From NCBI GenBank assembly GCA_964637235.1, contig CAZWVR010000003.1, positions 1-50,340 of the forward strand: a stretch of 50,340 nucleotides of DNA, in the 5' to 3' direction. Source of the stretch: an uncultured Bacteroidales bacterium. GTDB lineage: Bacteria; Bacteroidota; Bacteroidia; Bacteroidales; S143-33. Shown here piece after piece: positions 25,903 to 33,940 of the stretch. The notes beneath the pieces are model-generated. The model was given only the letters and a program-made list of their open reading frames with translations. It searched no databases and had not been told where the DNA came from. Every line of letters begins with the position of its first letter. The first letter of the stretch is position 1. Both the position numbers and the translations under genes were made by a program.

Positions 25903-28900
25903 ATTTTCATTCTGCTAAATATATGTTTTATAATTTCACGGTCTGTTGCTAAAAGATTGAAAAATTTAAATCGGTTTAAAGCTAAAATATTTGCTTTTTT
26001 TTCGACTATTAGTTTTTGGGTTTTTATTGGTGCATTTAATCCTCTTATAATTAGTGTATTTCGGGAGAAGTTTTTGTTTTCTGCTTTTAATTCGCCTTTT
26101 ATTATCAAAAAGATATATTCTTGTCCTTCAATAAAGAAATTTAGTGTTTCTCCTTCTGACAGTTTTATTTGTTTGCTTATTTCTGCTACATATTGTAGTG
26201 ATTTTTCTGAAACAGTGTAGAATAAATAGATTCGTTTTAGTTTTTTTATTCTATCAATGATAAGATCATCTTTATTTTTTAGTTTGTTAAGTATATGGCT
26301 TTTATTTTTTGGTATTGTAGAAAAAATTTTTTCGCACAATTGTGGAGAAATTTTATATAGAATTTTAGCTGCGGTATCAAATACAAGTGGGTCTGGGTTA
26401 TAAATTGCGATTAAAATATCGCGAATTGTACATTTTTCCAGTTTTTTGTATATAAGTTGGGCTTGTTCTCGTGTCCAAGTTTCAGGAAATTGAATTTTGG
26501 GTATCTCTTGGATATTGATTTGGGTTTTGTCGATTTGTTTTGCAAGTAGTTCCAAAGCTTTTGATATTGTCCAGTTATCTATTCGTCTATAATCACTCAT
26601 AATGATGTCAAGCAGACGTTCTTTGAAAGTAAGGTTTTCATAATGGAAATGAGGTTTAAGGCGTTTTACTTTTTGTCCAATACTGATGGGTTCAAATATA
26701 GGTAGTAAAATATGTTTAATATCGTTATCTATAAAGTTATCAATCAATTCTAAGGCAAATATAGTGTTTTCTCCAATTATATTTGTTTTTATCAGTTCAA
26801 TAAGTTCTGTTTCGTGAATAAAAGATAAGAGTTTAAATAATTGTTCAAATTTGCTAATTCTTTCTAAATCAAGTGATTGCACTAGTTTTAAAGTATTTTT
26901 TTCTCTAACAATATCTCTTATTGATAGATATAGCCACATAATATTATCTACTGTATCTTTAATTTTTTCTTTAATTATTGCGATAGTGTCTTCCTTTGCT
27001 TTAAAATCTGAGTAATAAAGCGCGTCAATTACAACTTCTTGTATATGCCTGTTTGGATAATTTATATAAGAAATTATCATTCGTTGTGCTTTGGCTGTGC
27101 CTATTTTTGCAAATACTTGGAGTATTTTTTCTTTTACGATGTTGTTTTGGGTATTTATAAAAAATTTATTCAGTATGTTTAGAATATCTTCACCAATTTC
27201 AACTAAAATACTGATTACCAGGTTATTGTATTCAGAGTCTTCTAAAAGTTTTATAATTTTTTCCCATAATTGTGGAGTTTTTCGTTTGCTTGCCAATTTA
27301 ATAGCAGCTAATTTTACTTGTCTATTATCATCTTCCAGTAGAATTTTTATGTATTTTATATCTCTGGGCTGGGGAAATTTTATGAAATATTTTATTGCTT
27401 TTATTTTATCTTTAACATTTGAGGAGTTAATTAATTGTTCTATTTCCTGATCTGAGGCAGGATTAGTTATATCTGAGAAATCGAGGTTGTAAAGTGCTTG
27501 GATTATAATTTTTTGTAGTTCTCGTTCTTTAAAACCTATTTTATCGCCAACTTGTTCAATTATTTTTACTAATTTTTGAGTGTAAGTGCTATCAATATTT
27601 AGCAGGATAATTTTTCTAAGGAGGTTATCGTCGATTTTTAGCAGAAAGCTGGCATAAACTTCCAGACTCCGGGGATTTGTTTCTGAAAGGACTAATGCAC
27701 TGAATTTATAGGTATTTTTTTCTGGGCTTAAAATATTTTTTTGGAGTATATCTAAGGCAAAAACATCTTTTTCTACGTATTGAAAATCAAAAAGGCGTTT
27801 TTCTTCTAAAATTTGGTGGATCCGATATTTGTATGTATTGTATAATTTAAAGGCGCTGAGAATAAATAAAATCATTACTGGCAGGATATAAAGTGGATAT
27901 AGTCCTAATTTAAATATTTCTCCACCTTTGACCAGTGTAAGATTTATGATAAAAAGTATGATTCCTGCCAAAGCTATTGCCAGTTGTTGAACAATTCCTA
28001 CTCGGGTTTGGATATATAATTTTTGATTATCCGGTAAAGCTTGATATAGAACATTAAAAGATGGGTCGTCTATACCTCGACGGATTATTCGTTCCAGCAT
28101 TTTATTAGCAGTAATAAATCCTAAAAAGAAAAAGCTTAATGTTCCAGCAATTTGTGCACTTATAAAAGCTAAAAGAAAAATAGTTGTTATTGTAATACCC
28201 ATAAATGTCAATCCTACTTTTATTCCCCATCGGCTGAGAATTCTACCTGAAAATACTGATATTAAAAATTCGCCTATTTTTAATCCTGCAAATACTATTG
28301 ACATAAAAGCTGCTACTGCTTGATCGTTCGGGAAAAGTCCTGTTTGTGATTTTATGGTGATAAGAAATCCATAGTCCACTAAAAAAATTACTACTGCCGA
28401 AAGTAAAGCTGTAATAAAAATGAATATTATGAACTTATTTTTTAGAAGTTTACTTTTTATAAAATTTTGTTTTACTTCATTATGGAACGATTTGGTTTCG
28501 GGGAATTTTTTATATATGTAGAAAATTAAAATAATAGCAGCTATAAGTCCTATGCTTCCTATTAGAATTAAATCATAATGATGAGGTAAAATTTTTATTA
28601 GCAAACTAATTGTAAAATAGCTGATTATAGCTGCAATAACTCCACCGAGATTTATTAAGCCGTAGAATTTTTTCACTTGCAGTAGGTTAAGAAGTCGGAC
28701 GGCTAAGCCTCCTGTTACAGTAGAAACAAAAGCAATAAAGGGCCAAGCCCATATAAAAACAAAAAAAGCTAAATATTTATATGCTAATTTTTTTTCATAG
28801 GTAGTTAAGCTTAGTAGATTTTTATCTAACAAGACCAGAAAAAAGCGAGATATAAGGGAGATGAATAACATAATCAATATGGCGATGGTAAAAAGAGTTT

Positions 28901-29153
28901 TGCTTTTATATTTTATTTGAATATTTGAATAGATTACAATGGCAATAGTGCCTACTATTCCTGAGAATATATAGGCAATAGGGAGTTCCTTATGTCCAAA
29001 GTTTGCTAAAAATTGGGAGTTGGCAGGTACAAAATAAAAGGCTATAAATAAACCTAAGAAAAATGAAAAAATAAATAGAAATTTGAGTTTATTAAAATCC
29101 TCTTTTGTTAATTTGAATTTATCTCTAAAATATTTTTCTATACTAAATTTCAT
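25899..29153 (-). CDS. 1084-aa fusion: 12-TM MFS/TLC-like transporter domain, HEAT-like helical repeats and a C-terminal cNMP-binding-like module
   Basis: About 12 hydrophobic helices in aa 22-440 (nt 27834-29090). HEAT-like repeats lie around aa 575-720 (LLEDDNRQVKLAAIKLASKRK, YPNRHIQEVVIDALYYS). The C-terminal aa 965-1084 have cNMP-domain-like spacing (LFYTVSEKSLQYVAE..LSEGETL..GQEYIFLIIKGELK) but no clear phosphate-binding cassette. Confidence 0.8.
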   Translation of the reverse strand: MKFSIEKYFRDKFKLTKEDFNKLKFLFIFSFFLGLFIAFYFVPANSQFLANFGHKELPIAYIFSGIVGTIAIVIYSNIQIKYKSKTLFTIAILIMLFISLISRFFLVLLDKNLLSLTTYEKKLAYKYLAFFVFIWAWPFIAFVSTVTGGLAVRLLNLLQVKKFYGLINLGGVIAAIISYFTISLLIKILPHHYDLILIGSIGLIAAIILIFYIYKKFPETKSFHNEVKQNFIKSKLLKNKFIIFIFITALLSAVVIFLVDYGFLITIKSQTGLFPNDQAVAAFMSIVFAGLKIGEFLISVFSGRILSRWGIKVGLTFMGITITTIFLLAFISAQIAGTLSFFFLGFITANKMLERIIRRGIDDPSFNVLYQALPDNQKLYIQTRVGIVQQLAIALAGIILFIINLTLVKGGEIFKLGLYPLYILPVMILFILSAFKLYNTYKYRIHQILEEKRLFDFQYVEKDVFALDILQKNILSPEKNTYKFSALVLSETNPRSLEVYASFLLKIDDNLLRKIILLNIDSTYTQKLVKIIEQVGDKIGFKERELQKIIIQALYNLDFSDITNPASDQEIEQLINSSNVKDKIKAIKYFIKFPQPRDIKYIKILLEDDNRQVKLAAIKLASKRKTPQLWEKIIKLLEDSEYNNLVISILVEIGEDILNILNKFFINTQNNIVKEKILQVFAKIGTAKAQRMIISYINYPNRHIQEVVIDALYYSDFKAKEDTIAIIKEKIKDTVDNIMWLYLSIRDIVREKNTLKLVQSLDLERISKFEQLFKLLSFIHETELIELIKTNIIGENTIFALELIDNFIDNDIKHILLPIFEPISIGQKVKRLKPHFHYENLTFKERLLDIIMSDYRRIDNWTISKALELLAKQIDKTQINIQEIPKIQFPETWTREQAQLIYKKLEKCTIRDILIAIYNPDPLVFDTAAKILYKISPQLCEKIFSTIPKNKSHILNKLKNKDDLIIDRIKKLKRIYLFYTVSEKSLQYVAEISKQIKLSEGETLNFFIEGQEYIFLIIKGELKAENKNFSRNTLIIRGLNAPIKTQKLIVEKKANILALNRFKFFNLLATDREIIKHIFSRMKI

Positions 29154-29162
29154 ATAAAAAAG

Positions 29163-30572
29163 CTAATCATTTTGCTGTTGCAAAATAACTAATTTTTCTT
29201 TTCTGAATTTATATATTTTGACCACAACATAAATTGTTATTAAAAATGCCAATATTGAAATTATCCAGAATACAGTGTCGGAATTTGGTGACTTGAATTT
29301 TATTGCTCTTTCAATGGCTTTATATATGTTTAAAATGCCTATCACAGTGGTTATCCATACTACAAAAGACATTAAAATATTGGAAAAATGGCTATTTATC
29401 CGTTTTTTCCCCATTATTTCAGGATTATTTATTACTATCATCAGAAATATACTGATGAAGGGTAAAATTAGTCCATTAAATGCTTGTGCCAAAATTATTG
29501 CAGGAACAGGTTTAACTTGTAAGAAACCGAATGTTAGACCGACTGCTAAAATTGTAATTGTCAATAATCTAAATCTTAATGATTGAGATCCCCATTTTTC
29601 ATTATTTTGTTGATTGAGTAAACTGCGGGTTGTAATTGCCGAAGCCAGAGGTGCAGTGATAGCTGATGTAAAACCTGCTGCAAACATTCCTATACCAAAA
29701 ATATATACAGCATATTCATTGATGTATGAGTTTAAATATAAAGCGTCTTTTATAATATCAAATGAGAAGGTTAGATTTTTTAGAGCTTCCTCAGACCAGC
29801 CAGCTGTTAGCGCACTTCCTACTGTCATTATAGACATTGATATTATGCCTCCTAATATTATTGCTACGCTTAGTCCAAAACGTACATCTCTGATATTGTG
29901 TGTTTTATCTATTATGCCTGAGCCAAGAAATATATCGTAAGGGACTACGGTAGTTCCTATAATTCCTAATATCAATATTCCGGCTCCTGGTACATCTGGA
30001 ATAGTTGGTATAAAGCTTCCTAATAGTAATGCATCAATATCAGGTTTGACAACTATGGCTGTAAATAGGAATGCAAAGCCCATTAAAAATACAAATGCAC
30101 CAAGAAATTGGGCAATTATGCGTATAGATTTTAAGTTTAAAGCAATAATGGCAAGAAGGGCAACGATAGTTACGAACCATAATTTATCTGTATGCGGGAA
30201 AATAAAATGTAAGCCTTCAATGGAACCGAGAATATTACCGGCTTCATAAGCTGCGCTACCAAGTACTATTGCCATTATTACAGAAAATATGACTGCACCT
30301 CGCGATTTTTTACCTGCAAATTGTTTTGCTATTGCTTCTCCTAAGTTCATACCAGAATATATGGTAATCCGGGCGCTAGCTTCTTGGAGTAATAGACAGG
30401 CAAAAATGGAAAATAGTATGGTCCACATTAAATCAAAATGATAATATACGCCTGCCTTGGTTAAGGTTGTCACTGTGCCAGGTCCTATAAACGCAGCTGA
30501 TACTACTGACCAAAATAGTATTACGAAAAATTTATGTCTTATTTTCTTTAATATGTTTTTAAGTTTATTCAT
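29163..30572 (-). CDS. NRAMP-fold (SLC11-like) transporter lacking the canonical metal-binding residues
   Basis: The TM1 motif is AAFIGPGTVTT where MntH has DPGN. The TM6 motif is GTTVVPYDIFLGS where MntH has GATVMPHxxxLHS. About 11-12 TM helices; 469 aa. Confidence 0.8.
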   Translation of the reverse strand: MNKLKNILKKIRHKFFVILFWSVVSAAFIGPGTVTTLTKAGVYYHFDLMWTILFSIFACLLLQEASARITIYSGMNLGEAIAKQFAGKKSRGAVIFSVIMAIVLGSAAYEAGNILGSIEGLHFIFPHTDKLWFVTIVALLAIIALNLKSIRIIAQFLGAFVFLMGFAFLFTAIVVKPDIDALLLGSFIPTIPDVPGAGILILGIIGTTVVPYDIFLGSGIIDKTHNIRDVRFGLSVAIILGGIISMSIMTVGSALTAGWSEEALKNLTFSFDIIKDALYLNSYINEYAVYIFGIGMFAAGFTSAITAPLASAITTRSLLNQQNNEKWGSQSLRFRLLTITILAVGLTFGFLQVKPVPAIILAQAFNGLILPFISIFLMIVINNPEIMGKKRINSHFSNILMSFVVWITTVIGILNIYKAIERAIKFKSPNSDTVFWIISILAFLITIYVVVKIYKFRKEKLVILQQQND

Positions 30573-31099
30573 TGAGCGTCTTTAACATATTCAAATATTT
30601 TGAGTTTTTCTCTCATCTGTTCAATAACTTCCTCTATATTAAGATTTTGCTGTTTTTGTAGTAAGTGTTGCAATGCTTCAATAGGTTCAAAATTGGAGGT
30701 AAAATCTCCGTCTAATATTTTGGCAGGACCATTTTTCCTTCGGTAATAAAAAGCGTACTTGGCTTTGTCGGGTTCAAAGCTATATTTCCCTTTTTCTCTT
30801 AATTGCCAGATGGGTGTTATATCAAGGTCATAACCTTTGGGAAATTGTCCCGATAGGGCTTCTAAAAAGTTTATTCTTTCCAGTGCATAAAAGCTAACTA
30901 TATAAACTTCTCCTATTGTAGCAGCATTTTTGTATCTTTTATCTATGTAAACACTTCCTTGTTCAGATTTCATCAGTTGCCCATTAGTATAGTAGTACCC
31001 TTTGAATTCTGCTCCTTTGATGTAAAAATGAAATTTTTGTCCTTGCCTAAGGGTACCATATACAAATAATCTAATTTTGGGTTTATCTAATCCGTTCAT
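30569..31099 (-). CDS. Gamma-glutamylcyclotransferase-fold (AIG2/GGACT-like) protein with a helical C-terminal extension
   Basis: N-terminal LFVYGTLRQG signature, then GEVYIV..LERINFLEAL resembling the G-x-ly..lD..E region. The last ~50 aa have no match I recognise. Confidence 0.7.
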   Translation of the reverse strand: MNGLDKPKIRLFVYGTLRQGQKFHFYIKGAEFKGYYYTNGQLMKSEQGSVYIDKRYKNAATIGEVYIVSFYALERINFLEALSGQFPKGYDLDITPIWQLREKGKYSFEPDKAKYAFYYRRKNGPAKILDGDFTSNFEPIEALQHLLQKQQNLNIEEVIEQMREKLKIFEYVKDAQ

Positions 31100-31232
31100 A
31101 ATTATTTTTGTATTTCTAAAACAAATTCTTTACCAATTTTTGAGTTTTTTTATTGCGTTTTTTAGATTTAAAAAAATTGCAAATTTGCACAAAATTTATA
31201 AAAAAGTTGGTTTATACCAAAATTATTTTTCA

Positions 31233-32321
31233 ATGCGAATACTTATTGCTTTTGATAAGTTCAAATATACTTTTTCTGCGGAGGAAATTACACATATAGT
31301 CGCTCAGTTGTTAGATTCAGATAAATACACTATTTGGGAAGTGCCACTTTCTGATGGAGGTGAAGGATTTTTAGATGTCATAAAAAGATATGTGTCTGCT
31401 CAATTTATTGAGTTAAAAACATATAATGCCATTTTAGAAGTAATTACTGCCCCTGTTTTAGTTGCTGGGAGGGTTGCGTTTATAGAATGTGCTAACACTT
31501 GTGGTATTGCCAATCTACCTGCTGATAAAAGAAATCCACTTTTTACTACAAGTTTTGGTCTTGGAATTCAAATAAAAAAATTGTTAGAGTCTGAGGGAGT
31601 TTCAGAATTTTATATTGGTTTAGGAGGGAGTGCTACTCATGATGTTGGTATTGGAATGGCTGCGGCTTTGGGGTATAGATTTATAGATGTTTATAAGCGT
31701 GAATTAAAACCCATAGGCAAAAATCTTATTGAAATAAATCATATTGTTTTTCCGAAGTCTTTTCCATCAGGGGTAAAGTTTACAGGTGTGTGCGATGTTA
31801 GAAATCCTTTATTGGGAGAAAATGGGGCTGCATATACCTTTGCACAGCAAAAAGGAGCACGGGAATATGAAATTCAGTTATTGGAGAAGGGTACAAAAAA
31901 TATTAGTGAAAAGATTAGGCAATATTTAAAACAGAATATTGGATATGGAGCTTTTGAAGGCGCAGCTGGCGGATTGGGTGCTGGTATTAAAGCCTTTTTG
32001 AGGGGTAAACTTATTTCAGGAGCTCAATTTGTTTTTAAACTTGCTGATATTGAGCATAAAATAAAAAATGCTGATGTTATTATTACTGGCGAGGGTCGTC
32101 TGGATAAAACATCTTTTAAAGGTAAACTTACCGGAGAGATTTATAAACTTGCTGTTAAATATCATAAAAAGCTTATAGTTATTTGTGGTTCATTGTATGG
32201 GGATATAGATTTACCAAATTTGGAGATTTATCCTCTGTTTTACGAAAAAGTGCCCATTTCAATAGCTAAAAAATTAACTCCCCAGAGAATGAAACTTGTT
32301 ATAAATAATATTTTTAAGTAA
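31233..32321 (+). CDS. glxK: Glycerate kinase
   Basis: MRILIAFDKFKYTFSAEE and PLSDGGEGF at the N-terminus, with ITGEGRLDKTSFKGK in the C-terminal half. The track start at 31077 is a TTG giving 52 junk residues that overlap the divergent gene. Confidence 0.88.
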   Translation: MRILIAFDKFKYTFSAEEITHIVAQLLDSDKYTIWEVPLSDGGEGFLDVIKRYVSAQFIELKTYNAILEVITAPVLVAGRVAFIECANTCGIANLPADKRNPLFTTSFGLGIQIKKLLESEGVSEFYIGLGGSATHDVGIGMAAALGYRFIDVYKRELKPIGKNLIEINHIVFPKSFPSGVKFTGVCDVRNPLLGENGAAYTFAQQKGAREYEIQLLEKGTKNISEKIRQYLKQNIGYGAFEGAAGGLGAGIKAFLRGKLISGAQFVFKLADIEHKIKNADVIITGEGRLDKTSFKGKLTGEIYKLAVKYHKKLIVICGSLYGDIDLPNLEIYPLFYEKVPISIAKKLTPQRMKLVINNIFK

Positions 32322-32358
32322 AAAATGTTTTTTTGTATCTTTGACAAAAATAAAATCA

Positions 32359-32649
32359 ATGGCTAAATATAACATCCTTGAAGGGGAAGTGGTTGCCCAA
32401 GATCAAAAACTTAATAAAATAAAGCTTCATTATAAAGTTGTTTATGAAAATCAGGGCGATATAAAAAAAATTGTGGAGGATAATATCAAGAATATGACAA
32501 ATTTAGTCGGTGTGAAAAAAATAGAGCATTTTGACCATATTATTAAATTCCGCCTTCAAACAGAAGCTGGTAAAAAAGGATTGGGCGTTAGGGTAAAGGA
32601 GTTTTATCTGAAAGCCCAAGAGCTCGAAGAAGCACAAGAGAATAAATGA
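32359..32649 (+). CDS. Hypothetical 96-aa protein
   Basis: ATG at 32359 (MAKYNILEG). It fits tightly between glxK and ispD on the same strand. No recognisable motif. Confidence 0.5.
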   Translation: MAKYNILEGEVVAQDQKLNKIKLHYKVVYENQGDIKKIVEDNIKNMTNLVGVKKIEHFDHIIKFRLQTEAGKKGLGVRVKEFYLKAQELEEAQENK

Positions 32650-32673
32650 AAATATTGATTTTAAATTTGCGTA

Positions 32674-33336
32674 ATGCAAAAAGAAGCTGTAATAATATTA
32701 GCTGGCGGTAGTGGAAAAAGAATGGGCTTAGATTTTCCGAAGCAGTTTTTGCCTTTGCAGGATAAACCTATTGTAGTTCATACAATAGAGAAATTTCTTT
32801 TGTATAACCCTGATATTCAGGTAATATTAGTACTTCCTGAGGCTTATCTTTCTTATTGGCATGAGATTTTGGATACTTATGCTTTTGATAATATTATAAC
32901 TGTTATTGGAGGTAAAGAGCGTTTTTTTTCAGCTAAGAATGGTTTTAATTATACTAATGCAGAGAAAATAGCCATTCATGATGCAGTGCGTCCGTTTATT
33001 GATAGGCAAATTATAGAGGTAGGTTTTAAATTTCTTGATTATCATGATGTTGCTGTTCCCGTTATTTTACCTAAATCTAGTTATCGTATTGTGGAAAATG
33101 AAGTAAATAAAGCAATTGATAGAAACAAATTACGTATTGTGCAAACTCCACAGTTTTTTCGGAGAGTTGTTTTGCAAAAAGTTTTTTCATTGCCTTATGA
33201 TCCTTTGTTTACAGATGAAGCTACTGCTGCACAAAAAGCTGGTTATGAAGTCTATCTTTTCCCCGGCAGTGAAAAGAATATAAAAATTACGACACCTTTT
33301 GATTTGAAATTAGCTCATTTGCTTATAAATGAATAG
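32674..33336 (+). CDS. ispD: 2-C-methyl-D-erythritol 4-phosphate cytidylyltransferase
   Basis: AVIILAGGSGKRMG, HDAVRPF and VQTPQFF. Confidence 0.92.
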   Translation: MQKEAVIILAGGSGKRMGLDFPKQFLPLQDKPIVVHTIEKFLLYNPDIQVILVLPEAYLSYWHEILDTYAFDNIITVIGGKERFFSAKNGFNYTNAEKIAIHDAVRPFIDRQIIEVGFKFLDYHDVAVPVILPKSSYRIVENEVNKAIDRNKLRIVQTPQFFRRVVLQKVFSLPYDPLFTDEATAAQKAGYEVYLFPGSEKNIKITTPFDLKLAHLLINE

Positions 33337-33337
33337 T

Positions 33338-33934
33338 TTATTCTGTTTCTAAAAAACGTTCTAATTCACTATATAATTTTTCCACAGGTAAGCCCACTAC
33401 GTTAAAATATGATCCTTCGATTTTTTCTATGCCCGTCATTCCTATCCATTCCTGAATGCCGTATGCTCCTGCTTTATCAAAGGGTTGATATTTTTCGACA
33501 TAGTAATTTATTTCGCTTTCTTTTAGTTCTTTGAACCATACATTAGTTGTGGAAGTGAAACAGTGCATTTTTTTTATAGTTTGCAGACAAACACCTGAAA
33601 TTACAGAGTGTTTCTTATTAGAGAGGAATTTGAGCATTTGAATTGCATTTTGTTTATTACCTGGTTTTCCCAGTATTTTGTTTTCGCATACTACTATTGT
33701 GTCTGCGGTTATTAGCAGTCTATTTTTTTTTAGAATTTGAGAATATACTTCTGCTTTTTTTCTTGCTATAAAAACAGGAATATCCTCGTAAGCTATATTC
33801 TTTGGATACTTTTCTTCAACTGGTAAATAACTGGCAACTATAAAATTGATGTCCAATTGTTTTAATAATTCTCTTCGTCTTGGCGATTGAGAGCATAAAT
33901 AAATTTCGTAATTTTTTAATTTTTCCAGTAGCAT
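33338..33934 (-). CDS. maf: Maf-family nucleoside triphosphate pyrophosphatase
   Basis: LCSQSPRRRELLKQL, ITADTIV and DKAGAYGIQ. Confidence 0.92.
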   Translation of the reverse strand: MLLEKLKNYEIYLCSQSPRRRELLKQLDINFIVASYLPVEEKYPKNIAYEDIPVFIARKKAEVYSQILKKNRLLITADTIVVCENKILGKPGNKQNAIQMLKFLSNKKHSVISGVCLQTIKKMHCFTSTTNVWFKELKESEINYYVEKYQPFDKAGAYGIQEWIGMTGIEKIEGSYFNVVGLPVEKLYSELERFLETE

Positions 33935-33940
33935 AGTTTT

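Noticed and set aside
31077-31232. N-terminal extensions created by upstream TTG starts in the ORF track: glxK 31077, recN 2093, tig 2114, MBL 22084, MscS 24334, pyrH 39687, the FGE-like gene 39637, gcvH 46657, the FdtA-like gene 38128, and the small ORF 32341.
   Set aside because: In each case an internal ATG begins exactly where the conserved family N-terminus or the signal peptide starts. The extra residues are unconserved, and some overlap the neighbouring divergent gene.
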